Positions 39,414 to 49,144 of a stretch of 64,000 bases of DNA are shown here, in pieces. Within the stretch, counting starts at the first letter, position 1, and every line of letters begins with the position of its first letter. Source of the DNA: an uncultured bacterium (GTDB taxonomy: Bacteria; Zixibacteria; MSB-5A5; UBA10806). Below the pieces are notes generated by a model. It ran no database searches. It saw only the letters and a list, made by a program, of their open reading frames with translations, and had not been told where the DNA came from. The stretch lies in the NCBI GenBank assembly GCA_965541585.1, contig CBEUCH010000002.1, forward strand, positions 64,001-128,000, read 5' to 3'. The translations under genes and the position numbers were made by a program.

Positions 39414-40067
39414 ATGAGTTTATTATCAAGAGACGGTCATAGAGAGAGGGTTATGGTATTTATCGACGGCAACAATCTTTATCATAGCCTGAAGCACGTC
39501 AGGGGAAGAACCAATTTGGATTTCCATGAATTTTCGAAACGGTTGGTTCAGGGCAGGCAGCTGATCCGCGTTTACTACTACAATGCGCCTCTCAACAGGG
39601 AGGACGACGAGGAAAAATATCGTCAACAGCAAGCCTTCTTCGATTCGCTCGATACAGTTCCCTATTTGAGCAAGAAATTCGGCCGTCTGGAGAAAAGACT
39701 GGTCAAGCAAACCCTGCCCGACGGAACCTTTGTTTCGGTCCCGACATACGTGGAAAAGGGCGTCGACACCTTTATAGTTATCGATATGCTCTCCCACGCT
39801 TATAAGGATAACTATGACACTGCTATTCTGGTATCGGGCGATGAGGATTTTGCGATACTGGTTGATAATATCAAAGACTTCGGCAAGCATGTGGAGGTGG
39901 CCAACCTCGGAGGATCCTACATATTGAGGCAGGCGGCGGATAAGTACGTGTTGATCGATAAGGAACTGCTGGATGGTATCCAGCAACCGGATAGAAGCGA
40001 AAGGTCGGAGTACGGCTCGACGGACGGCTCTCAAACGGGCGACAGGTCGGAGAGGTATCAGGAATAA
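39414..40067 (+). CDS. NYN domain (LabA/DUF88) PIN-like nuclease
   Basis: FIDGNNL, EKGVD and LVSGDEDF motifs. Confidence 0.92.
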   Translation: MSLLSRDGHRERVMVFIDGNNLYHSLKHVRGRTNLDFHEFSKRLVQGRQLIRVYYYNAPLNREDDEEKYRQQQAFFDSLDTVPYLSKKFGRLEKRLVKQTLPDGTFVSVPTYVEKGVDTFIVIDMLSHAYKDNYDTAILVSGDEDFAILVDNIKDFGKHVEVANLGGSYILRQAADKYVLIDKELLDGIQQPDRSERSEYGSTDGSQTGDRSERYQE

Positions 40068-40284
40068 TCAGTTATCCGGCCGTTCGAATCGGCCTAAGAG
40101 CGTACAAACGATAAGGTGGTCAACCGCAAATTGCTGTCGATGCGATCAGCGTTGAAACCGATGAGGAAATGAAGACCAACGCCCTGCGGATTGCAAAGCC
40201 GGCGGCCGCAGCAAAGAATGCAGATATCATGTTCGGGTGACTCACCGGGCTTTCATGTTTCGCCGGATTTCTTTTCGTGGGTAT

Positions 40285-40312
40285 AAAAAGGGGACCGGCC
40301 GGAACCGGTCCC
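40285..40312 (-). terminator. Intrinsic terminator for the S8 peptidase gene
   Basis: Plus strand AAAAAG-GGGACCGG-ccggaa-CCGGTCCC, which gives a U-tail on the minus strand. Confidence 0.65.
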
Positions 40313-40353
40313 GATGTCAAGTCTATCTTAAACTTATCCTGTGGCTCGAATAT

Positions 40354-43239
40354 CTATTTGATCAGGGTCATCTTCCTGACTGACTCTTTATCGCCAACGG
40401 TTAGACGGTAGAAATATATTCCGGTGGATAGATCGGAGCAATCCCAGTTCACCGAATGAAATCCGCTTTCAAGCTCTTTATCGACAAGTACGGCTACCCT
40501 CCTGCCCAGTAGATCGAAGGCTTCCAGACGAACGTCCCCGGCGGCAGGAATTGAGAATTCTATGGCCGTTCGGGCATTGAACGGGTTGGGGTAGTTTTGA
40601 GATAAGAAGAAATCGGCGGGACGAACAGGATCTTCGTCAACCGCCGTCGGCCCACCGTAGCGAGCCATGGCAGCCGCGGCATTGTCCTGAATATCCGAAA
40701 GCGACGAACCGCCGAGGACTGCGAATGCCGCAATCACGGATTCGCCCGGACCTATATCGTAGGGGCCGGTGGTGATAATGACGGAGCAGTCTCTAATGGA
40801 GGTAATGGCCGTATCGGTAATGCCGGCGTTCATGTAGCTCCATTTGTCGGCCATTGTAAAATAGGGAGGGTAGACATGGATCTCGTTCTCGAGCGCCATG
40901 AAAGAGAAAACGCCGGGATCGGAGAGAACAGCCTGGCCTCTATAGTTATTATTGTCATACTGATACCCCAGGTTTCTTTCTCGATCAAAATTGACCCTGT
41001 CGTTGGCCGTGTTCCAGGGCATATCCCAATCCTCAAAATGAGCGACAAGCACACCCTCGAGATTCTGATTCTCAACGTTTGTGATGGTGTATTCAAAAAT
41101 CACGTAGTCGTCGTCAGGGGCATCCGCGAAAGCGTATGTCTCCTGGTTTACAAGGACGCCGAGAGGTTCCGGAGCGTTCTGGTCGTTAAAAGAGGTATAA
41201 TATTCCTGATCTGCAAAAGGACCCGGTTCCGCGAGAGTAATGCCGCCCATAGGAACGAAATGGTCGCTGATGTTCTGTTCCTCATCCCTGGCGCCGTTAG
41301 AGACTCTTGTCGGACCGTCGCCGATAAAAAGCGCCCCCTCAAAGAGATAATTAATGCCTGCCTGAGGCATCTTGAATCCGGCTCCGTCCCAGGCGCCGTT
41401 CATTCCGCCGGGATCGAGCCCGTACTGCCCGAAATTCGAGATAGTGTGTAGTATATTGCCGATATCGTGATCGGCGATAGCGGTCGGGAGGTGCCCCACC
41501 ATCAAGGAGACTGATCGGTTTACGCTGTAATCGTCATCACCTACGATCCTTAAATCGAATGCGATGATTGTTCCCTGCGGCGTGTCCTCGGAGAATGACA
41601 TGGTAAAAGGATCCGACGATAAGGCCGTATCATTCTGCGCGATGAAGCCATAGAATGCTGAGTCGGAGGTGATGGTTGCATATCGATCCTCTGTTGAGAT
41701 TATCGCGGAAACGTTGTCGATGTCCAATCCGGTATTCCCAAGCCTTACAAAAAGATCTATAGTCTCTCCGGGATCGGGGTAATCGTCGTTAGGCTCTTCC
41801 ACGTAGACCGCATTGGGGAACACATACGGCATATCCACAGGCGGGATCAACTCCATAGCATGCAGGATATTGATAATTCCATAGCCGTAAGCGTTGTCTT
41901 CGCCCTCGCTGCCGAGATCCTGGGCCGATTCCATGAGCGCCCATTTGATAGTATCCACTGTGGCATTGGGGTTGACCTGCCTTAAAAGGGCAACAGCGCC
42001 GGCCACGTGAGGACATGCCATGGAAGTGCCCGACCATCCTCCCTGGTAGCCGCCGTTGGGAACCGATGATCTGACGTTTACGCCGGGAGCGGAAATCTCC
42101 GGTTTGATCGTTCGACCATCGCAATCCGACGGTCCCCTGGACGAGAAGCTGGCGATAGGGTAACTATCATAGTTGCCGTTTAATGCACCCACCGAAAAGC
42201 AGTTATAAGGAGTCGTGATTCGGTTGGGAGGGTATCCTATCGTCTGCGGGCCCGGGCCCTCGTTACCGGCGGCGAATACTACTACGGCACCGGCCGCCTC
42301 GCAATTGTCTATAAGAGTATAATAGCTTGAAGGGCACCCCCCGATTCCGCGCCAGGAGTTGGAGATAACATCGGGGACATCTTCGATGGTGTTGGGATCC
42401 CCGTCCGGATCGGCGGCCCATTGAAATGCCATGGCGGCGTTTCCGCCATTCACAATCGCCCTGGCAGCTATCCACTGAGCGTCAATTGCCACGCCGATAG
42501 TATCGGGCGTGGTGGTGCTTCTGCCGCAGATGGTCCCCATGGTATGGGTGCCGTGACCACCGTCGTCGTAGGGAAATTCGCTGTTAAGATCGGCGGTGTC
42601 GAGCCAGCTCTCCTCGGCCGAGTAGCCATTGGCGCCGCGCCAGCTATGGTTCAACGCAGGATGGGAACCGGCCACACCGGTGTCGATATTGCATACCAGC
42701 CGCCCCTGGCCCGTGATTCCGAGCATCCACATGCTGTCGGCGCGAACAGCACGCAAACCGTTTTCAACGCTGGTTATTGTGGGAGGTTCGTAATTTTCAT
42801 CGATTATCGGCTTGATTAATTCCACATCAAAATCGAGGAAAACAACATCGACGTCGGTCCTGGAGGCCACGATTTGAATTTCCGCCGAAGTCATCTCCGC
42901 AGAAAGCATGTTAGCGATCCAGAAACCGCGGAACGATCCGACCGCTCCTCTGGCCCGGGCCTCGGCCAGATATGCGAGCAGGTCCGGCTGAGTTTCCGTG
43001 GCTATTGCCTGAAGTGCAGTTATGACATCATAATGCCGCTGGGCTCGGGTGGCGGAGACCAGGTTGTGCTGACACTTCATCTCGAAGACATCAAGCTGGT
43101 CCGACATGTAAATCAGTGTCCGAATCCTGGCATCCGGGCCGGACTCCTCGATTCTTGCGGCAAGGTCTGGATCGACAATTCCACCGAGTGCGGTAGAAAC
43201 AATGAGAAGTGATGTTAGAAATCCTGCAGCAAACCTCAT
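40354..43239 (-). CDS. Secreted S8 serine peptidase (bacillopeptidase F-like) with a secretion-system C-terminal domain
   Basis: Catalytic triad motifs IDTG, HGTHTMG and GTSMACPHVAG; AAGNEG; C-terminal QNYPNPFN; GGAGG before 43239. Confidence 0.92.
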   Translation of the reverse strand: MRFAAGFLTSLLIVSTALGGIVDPDLAARIEESGPDARIRTLIYMSDQLDVFEMKCQHNLVSATRAQRHYDVITALQAIATETQPDLLAYLAEARARGAVGSFRGFWIANMLSAEMTSAEIQIVASRTDVDVVFLDFDVELIKPIIDENYEPPTITSVENGLRAVRADSMWMLGITGQGRLVCNIDTGVAGSHPALNHSWRGANGYSAEESWLDTADLNSEFPYDDGGHGTHTMGTICGRSTTTPDTIGVAIDAQWIAARAIVNGGNAAMAFQWAADPDGDPNTIEDVPDVISNSWRGIGGCPSSYYTLIDNCEAAGAVVVFAAGNEGPGPQTIGYPPNRITTPYNCFSVGALNGNYDSYPIASFSSRGPSDCDGRTIKPEISAPGVNVRSSVPNGGYQGGWSGTSMACPHVAGAVALLRQVNPNATVDTIKWALMESAQDLGSEGEDNAYGYGIINILHAMELIPPVDMPYVFPNAVYVEEPNDDYPDPGETIDLFVRLGNTGLDIDNVSAIISTEDRYATITSDSAFYGFIAQNDTALSSDPFTMSFSEDTPQGTIIAFDLRIVGDDDYSVNRSVSLMVGHLPTAIADHDIGNILHTISNFGQYGLDPGGMNGAWDGAGFKMPQAGINYLFEGALFIGDGPTRVSNGARDEEQNISDHFVPMGGITLAEPGPFADQEYYTSFNDQNAPEPLGVLVNQETYAFADAPDDDYVIFEYTITNVENQNLEGVLVAHFEDWDMPWNTANDRVNFDRERNLGYQYDNNNYRGQAVLSDPGVFSFMALENEIHVYPPYFTMADKWSYMNAGITDTAITSIRDCSVIITTGPYDIGPGESVIAAFAVLGGSSLSDIQDNAAAAMARYGGPTAVDEDPVRPADFFLSQNYPNPFNARTAIEFSIPAAGDVRLEAFDLLGRRVAVLVDKELESGFHSVNWDCSDLSTGIYFYRLTVGDKESVRKMTLIK

Positions 43240-43565
43240 GCGTTCCTCCATTCAAGAGAGTTTTGGTAAATCGGTTTCAAAAGAACGTTTTTTATAAGAT
43301 AATGATAAAATTCCTATCGGCAACCACTTTTATCAAACTCTCAGATATGGATCATGTCAACTTAATTGTGATAGATCTCAATATCGGTTTTGGATGCGAT
43401 TGATCCGGCCTGGTTGAGCGTTCGCACTCCTCATGATTACACATTTATCTCGCAGGGAGCGTTCGCTCTCGATATGGTCTGCAGATATATGTTCGAACAC
43501 ACCGGCCGCACACGATCCGGTCAGGAGAAAGAAATATATAACGATGTCCGGATTCGACTGCCCTC

Positions 43566-43979
43566 TTAAGCAGTCGCTGCTTGCGGCTTATAAACCATGG
43601 CCGCCGCCATACCGCAAAGGACCATCTGGATGATGCCGAGGATAATCCAGTACCAGACCAGAGAATATGGGATAGAATACATCACGAACTGGGTATAGGC
43701 TCCTGTGAAACTGACCAAAAAACCTATATAGAAACCGTAGCGGATTCCTTCCATAAGGCCCCGGCCTTCGTATCCCTTTGCGAAAATGAGCGTGAAGAAA
43801 AATGAAAATACAATGCCTATGACCCAGAATACCCATAGGAAGCCGCTCATCTGGGCTTCAGCGCGGAATCCCGGAAGCGTATAATGTCCTCCCAGTATAA
43901 CACTATGGGTGATGAGTTCGGTGATCCCCAGAACGATGTAAACCACCAGTGCAGTGAGCCAGAACTTTTTCCAATTCAT
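43566..43979 (-). CDS. Four-TM membrane protein (DUF1761-like)
   Basis: Four hydrophobic helices, GxxxG pattern, AAAGGAGG RBS and its own sigma70-like promoter. Confidence 0.7.
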   Translation of the reverse strand: MNWKKFWLTALVVYIVLGITELITHSVILGGHYTLPGFRAEAQMSGFLWVFWVIGIVFSFFFTLIFAKGYEGRGLMEGIRYGFYIGFLVSFTGAYTQFVMYSIPYSLVWYWIILGIIQMVLCGMAAAMVYKPQAATA

Positions 43980-44169
43980 CGATCCTCCTTTGCCAGGGTT
44001 AAAAAAGGATGAATGGATATCGGTTTTTATACTTTAAGGCACATATTTGTCAAATAAAAAAATAAAACAGGCTATAGAATCTATAAATCTATCTTTGTGA
44101 GATTCAACGGATTGCGATTGGCAATCAGGAGAGATGATCTAAGAACTCTTATCGATGCGGTTTCTCATC

Positions 44170-44850
44170 CTACTGGCAGGGAATTTCATTGTGACCATTG
44201 CCGTTTCCATTGCCGCCAGACAGGTTTTCCCTCAGGACCTTACGTCCTCGATAAAGCCTTGATTTCACGGTTCCGATCGGCAGTTTCAGAATCTCGGAGA
44301 TTTCCTTATATTGAAGTCCCAACATATCGTAGAGAATTATAGCTAACCTGTATCCATCCGGCAACAACAGCAGGGAACTCCTGATCTCGTCGCAGACGAA
44401 ATTGCGCAGGATCCTGTCTTCGTTCAGCTCCTCATGCTGGGGCAATTCCCGGCCCGGAATATCGGGAAATTGAGCCATTTCCTCATTATCCCGCTGATGG
44501 AAAATCAGTTTCCTGCGACGGTGATACATATTGATATAGGTATTTATCATGATTCTCTTCAGCCAGGCTTTGCATCGAGAGGCGCCCTCGAAAGTATCGA
44601 AGGCCTTATAAGCTTTCAGGTATGTATCCTGGAAGAGATCCTCGGCACTGGTCGTATCTCCGGTGAGCCTTTTTGCCAGACGCATCAGGAAATCTCTATG
44701 CGTCAGCGCCAGCAGAGCAAACTGATCGTCATGGCGCCGGCGGGCTCGCCCGGGCGTCTTTTTGACCTGTCCCTTCATATCATTGTTACAGTTCAACTGC
44801 AGATACATTCCTTCTGAATGCGAAATTTCCCATGTTTTTTTGCGCCGCAA
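44170..44850 (-). CDS. ECF sigma factor, SigR/SigH-like (start uncertain, possibly 44778)
   Basis: AEDLFQDTYLKAY...KAWLKRIMINTYIN (region 2); YKEISEILKLPIGTVKSRLYRGR (region 4). Confidence 0.9.
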   Translation of the reverse strand: MRRKKTWEISHSEGMYLQLNCNNDMKGQVKKTPGRARRRHDDQFALLALTHRDFLMRLAKRLTGDTTSAEDLFQDTYLKAYKAFDTFEGASRCKAWLKRIMINTYINMYHRRRKLIFHQRDNEEMAQFPDIPGRELPQHEELNEDRILRNFVCDEIRSSLLLLPDGYRLAIILYDMLGLQYKEISEILKLPIGTVKSRLYRGRKVLRENLSGGNGNGNGHNEIPCQ

Positions 44851-44924
44851 AATGATACCGAGGAATCCATGAAAGCCAGCTTATAGATTTTCTAATTATA
44901 TGGATCGTTTGAAGTTAAGCATCA

Positions 44925-45047
44925 CTAAAGAACAGCCGGATCGTCATAAACGATCCGGCCGGAATTCTTTCCTGTTTCCTTGTGAGAGAGAGAAAAAAAC
45001 CGTCTGATTTCTACCAAGATTAACTAAATCTGTTCCGAGTCTGTTCC
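44925..45047 (-). ncRNA. Candidate ECF-promoter-driven small RNA or terminated leader of about 90 nt
   Basis: Minus strand GGAAC-N18-GTT (45047-45022), a CU-rich tract, then a 10-bp hairpin (44935-44959) followed by UGUUCUUU. Confidence 0.4.
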
Positions 45048-45108
45048 CCATAAATCAGATTTTCGTTTGTGATAGACGTCAAAACTATCTATAATCTAAA
45101 GTCAAGTA

Positions 45109-46167
45109 ATGAAGTTGAAGATCTCAAAAATCAGTAAAGTGTATCCGAATGGCTCAGTGGGTGTCGATGGTGTTGACCTGAATGTCGATGATGGTCAACT
45201 GGCCGTCCTGCTGGGGCCATCGGGCTGCGGCAAGACCACCTTGTTGCGGTTGATCTCCGGCCTTGAAGTTCCCGATGGCGGCCGGATCATTCTCGACGAC
45301 GACGATATCACCGGCTGGGAGCCAAAGCGCCGTGATGTCGCAATGGTATTTCAGAATTACGCTCTTTACCCGCATATGACTGTAAAGCAGAACCTCGAAT
45401 TCGGGCTTAGGGCAAGAGGAACAGACCAGGTGGAAAGGGAAAAAGCCCTTAAATGGGCCGCAGGTCTTCTCGGAATGGAGCGGTATCTCGACCGCAGGCC
45501 GAGAGAACTCTCCGGCGGTCAACGGCAGCGAGTAGCATTGGGTCGAGCCATCGTTCGCCGGCCCAGGCTATATCTATTCGATGAACCGTTATCCAACCTC
45601 GATGCCGAGCTGCGGATGCGGATGCGGGGCGAGATACTGGCCCTTCACCGTCGTATCCGGGGGACATCGATCTACGTCACGCATGATCAGGTGGAGGCTA
45701 TGAGCTTGGCAGATATTATCTTCATTATGAACGAGGGGAGAATAATCGCATCCGGGTCGCCGAAAGAGCTTTACCAGAACCCGCCCGACCTCTTCACCGC
45801 CGGTTTTCTGGGTTTTCCGGCGATGAATCTAATTGAGGGAACTGCCGGCGATGGTAGTTTCTTATCAGCGAGAGGCCTGAAGATCCGGCTGCGGTCTGAC
45901 GAGGTGGAAATGTCAGATTCCCGAGATGTCGTTCTCGGCATCCGCCCCGAGGATCTAATTCTGACCGACGACGGTGAAGTATCCTGCGAGGTTTCATCGA
46001 TCGAGAATCTCGGCCATAATATTCTTCTTCTGGCGAATACGGCAGACGGGGAATTAATTAAGATCGTCGCAAGGGGAGACATCAGGGTTGGAGACGTTGT
46101 TAAAGTCAGGATTGACTCGGAAAAGATTGTAATTTTCAATAGAGCGACCGGCCGTCGGATACGTTAG
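45109..46167 (+). CDS. Sugar ABC transporter ATP-binding protein (MalK/UgpC type)
   Basis: GPSGCGKTT, VFQNYALYPHM, LSGGQRQR, FDEPLSNLD and YVTHDQ motifs; TOBE-like C-terminus. Confidence 0.93.
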   Translation: MKLKISKISKVYPNGSVGVDGVDLNVDDGQLAVLLGPSGCGKTTLLRLISGLEVPDGGRIILDDDDITGWEPKRRDVAMVFQNYALYPHMTVKQNLEFGLRARGTDQVEREKALKWAAGLLGMERYLDRRPRELSGGQRQRVALGRAIVRRPRLYLFDEPLSNLDAELRMRMRGEILALHRRIRGTSIYVTHDQVEAMSLADIIFIMNEGRIIASGSPKELYQNPPDLFTAGFLGFPAMNLIEGTAGDGSFLSARGLKIRLRSDEVEMSDSRDVVLGIRPEDLILTDDGEVSCEVSSIENLGHNILLLANTADGELIKIVARGDIRVGDVVKVRIDSEKIVIFNRATGRRIR

Positions 46168-46364
46168 CTATCGATAAATGGCATACAGTGGTGGTTGGCA
46201 GAGCCTCCGGCATGAAGCAGCCTGTCAACAGTATAGTCAAACGGGAATAGTCGATCTGTTGCGGAAAAGAGAAATACTGAAAGGGATTGACATTTTGCCG
46301 ATTATGATTATATTCGTCGGCTGTATTTCGATATTGTGCGGTTAATGCCGTTCGGGAGAAAAAG

Positions 46365-48035
46365 ATGAGACGAGGACAAATAACCTGGATTTTCGCAGTC
46401 TTAATCGCGATACTTGTTTCCTTCGTGCTTCTCTACCCCACAGTGGAATTCTATTCCCAGGATCGCGACGCGTTGAAGATAGAAAAGCCCAGGGATTTTT
46501 ATTCATTAAAGAAAAAGGCATTGCGTCTGGGACTGGATCTGCAGGGCGGAGTTCACATTGTCCTGCAAGTCAGCGATCCCCGTGGCGGAAGCGTCTCCGC
46601 GGACATTCAGGACCAGGTCCTGGAAAAAATCAGGATCAGGGTAGATAAATACGGCATCGCCGAACCCGAGATCGTAAAATCGGGAACCGATCAAATTGTA
46701 GTCGATCTGCCGGGCTTCACAGATATCGATACGGCCAAGACTTTAATCGGCAGCACGGCCCAGCTTCAGTTTCACCTTTTGAGATCGCCGGAGGAGTGCC
46801 AGAATCTCCTGGAGGCCATCGATTCTGTGCTGGCCATAAAACTCTCGGGACCAGCCGATGAATCCGAGCTTGTCGAGGCGGAGGCTGTCACCGAATCTGA
46901 CACGGCAGATGACGCCATTACGAGCCTGTTCGGCGAGGAAGTGGCAGATACGAGCCAGGAACCGGAGCTACTCGATGAAGAAGAGTTTGCTAAGGCCAAC
47001 CCGTTCTCCGCTACTCTGGACAGATGGCTCGGCAACTGGTGGCAGATCACAATGGAGAATTTCTATCAGGCGCGGCAGTACCTGGAGATGCCGGAGGTGC
47101 AGGAAGTTATTCCCTCCAATTATAAGCTGGCCTGGGGAACCCGGCCTGTAAAGGGAGGCGATCGGCAATTTCAGACGTTATATGTTCTCAATAGCAATAT
47201 AGAGCTAACCGGTGAATCGCTGGTTTCTGCGAGGGAAACCTACGATCAGCTACGTCAACCGGTGGTCAATTTCGAGTTGGACTCGGACGGCGCCAGGCGT
47301 TTTTCGAGATTGACCGGCCAGCATATAGAGGAGCGTCTGGCCATCGTTATCGATGATCGGGTCGAATCGGCCCCGGAAATCCAGTCACGAATTTCCAAAA
47401 ATGGCCAGATCACTCTGGGGGCAGATGCCACCATCAATGACGCCTATCTTCTGGCCATATTGCTGAAGGCGGGCGCCCTGCCTGCGGATGTGGAAATACT
47501 CCAGAGCACCGTCGTGGGCCCTGCATTGGGGCAGGATTCCATAAACAGGGGAAAACAGGCCTCCGTGATTGGTCTTATGCTGGTGATTGTTTTTATGGCC
47601 ATTTACTACAAGCTCTCCGGCATAATAGCGGATATTGCGGTTTCCTTGAACATACTTTTCGTTCTGGCGTTCATGGTCATTCCCGGGGTCAATGCTACAC
47701 TTACCATGCCCGGAATCGCCGGTCTTATATTAACAGTGGGCATAATGGTCGATTCCAACGTTTTGATATTTGAAAGAATCAGGGAGGAGCTGAGAACAGG
47801 GAAGACCATCCGGGCGGCTATCGATGCCGGATACGACCGGGCGCTTTTGACAATTATCGATTCGCATGTGACGACGTTAATTACAGCTTTATTCCTCTTC
47901 ATATTCGGCTCCGGCCCGATCCGGGGATTTGCTGTGACCCTGTCCGTGGGTGTATTCCTCTCTCTGTTTACGGCACTGTTTATCACAAAGGTGATTTTTG
48001 ATATGAGGAAGAAATATAAAAGGCTTTCCATTTGA
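46365..48035 (+). CDS. secD: Protein translocase subunit SecD
   Basis: LGLDLQGG, GALPA, VGPALG and DSNVLIFERIREE motifs. Confidence 0.96.
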   Translation: MRRGQITWIFAVLIAILVSFVLLYPTVEFYSQDRDALKIEKPRDFYSLKKKALRLGLDLQGGVHIVLQVSDPRGGSVSADIQDQVLEKIRIRVDKYGIAEPEIVKSGTDQIVVDLPGFTDIDTAKTLIGSTAQLQFHLLRSPEECQNLLEAIDSVLAIKLSGPADESELVEAEAVTESDTADDAITSLFGEEVADTSQEPELLDEEEFAKANPFSATLDRWLGNWWQITMENFYQARQYLEMPEVQEVIPSNYKLAWGTRPVKGGDRQFQTLYVLNSNIELTGESLVSARETYDQLRQPVVNFELDSDGARRFSRLTGQHIEERLAIVIDDRVESAPEIQSRISKNGQITLGADATINDAYLLAILLKAGALPADVEILQSTVVGPALGQDSINRGKQASVIGLMLVIVFMAIYYKLSGIIADIAVSLNILFVLAFMVIPGVNATLTMPGIAGLILTVGIMVDSNVLIFERIREELRTGKTIRAAIDAGYDRALLTIIDSHVTTLITALFLFIFGSGPIRGFAVTLSVGVFLSLFTALFITKVIFDMRKKYKRLSI

Positions 48036-48049
48036 CGGGGTAGATTGTC

Positions 48050-49036
48050 ATGATGCGGATAATAAAAGAGACCAATATAAACTTCATCGGGCGGCGAAAA
48101 TTCTCGTTTATGTTTTCCGGACTGCTGGTGGCGCTCGGGTTGATATCTTTTATCATGATAGTCGTTGGACAGGCCAACCTCGGGATTGATTTCACGGGCG
48201 GCGCTGAGATAATCGGCAGCTTTGAAAATACTGTTACGGTTGACGATGTTAGAGACGCTCTCGGTGTGATAGGCCACGGCAAAGCTAAAATACAGTCTAT
48301 CACCGGCGAGGGTTTCGAGAATTCATTTATAATAAGGTTGCAGGGGAGCATCGAAAGCGCGATCCCCGATACGACTTACACCGAGGAAGGGAAAATGATC
48401 GTCAACATGATCGCCGTGGAGGGAGACGCGCTCGGCGATCTGCTGAAGCAGGCAATCAATGATCATTTCACCGATAACAAATTTACACTCGATTCGACGA
48501 ACAATATCAGTTCCCGCGTGGGCGAGAGGCTGACTCGCGACGCCATCAAGGCCATCGTCTTCGCCCTCATCGGTATCCTGATATATATCTGGATCCGTTT
48601 CGATTTCAGGTTCGGGCTGGCCGCCACGATTGCCACCTTCCACGATGTCCTGACGGTTCTGGGCATCTATTTCCTCCTTAATCGTGAAATTTCGCTTCTG
48701 GTGGTTACCGCTCTGTTGACCCTGGCTGGCTATTCGTTGACGGATACGGTGGTCGTATTTGACCGGATACGAGAAAACTTAAAGCAGTTCCGCAAACGTT
48801 CCGATTATGCCAGCACTATCAACAACTCCATAAACGAGGTGTTGTCCAGGACCGTCATAACCTCGATTACCACAATCATGGTAGTCTTAAGCATCCTCTT
48901 TTTCGGAGGCGAGGTCCTTTTCGATTTCGCCCTGGCCCTGGGTATAGGGATACTGGTTGGAACCTACAGTTCGGTATTCGTGGCCAGCCCGATCATTGTG
49001 GAGTGGGAAAAGCGCGCGCCGCGGCGAGTGAAATAG
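48050..49036 (+). CDS. secF: Protein translocase subunit SecF
   Basis: LGIDFTGG, FHD, GYSLTDTVVVFDRIREN and GTYSSVFVASP motifs. Confidence 0.96.
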   Translation: MMRIIKETNINFIGRRKFSFMFSGLLVALGLISFIMIVVGQANLGIDFTGGAEIIGSFENTVTVDDVRDALGVIGHGKAKIQSITGEGFENSFIIRLQGSIESAIPDTTYTEEGKMIVNMIAVEGDALGDLLKQAINDHFTDNKFTLDSTNNISSRVGERLTRDAIKAIVFALIGILIYIWIRFDFRFGLAATIATFHDVLTVLGIYFLLNREISLLVVTALLTLAGYSLTDTVVVFDRIRENLKQFRKRSDYASTINNSINEVLSRTVITSITTIMVVLSILFFGGEVLFDFALALGIGILVGTYSSVFVASPIIVEWEKRAPRRVK

Positions 49037-49062
49037 ATTTCATTGACAGGCGAATATTTATA

Positions 49063-49090
49063 AGGCGGGAGGTTTGCTCCCGTTTTTCTT
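49063..49090 (+). terminator. Intrinsic terminator after secF
   Basis: GGCGGGAG-gtttg-CTCCCGTT followed by a T-tract. Confidence 0.65.
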
Positions 49091-49144
49091 TGTAATTTGC
49101 TATATGGTTATTGCCAGTCCGGCAGACGCCGGACGATGCAATTT

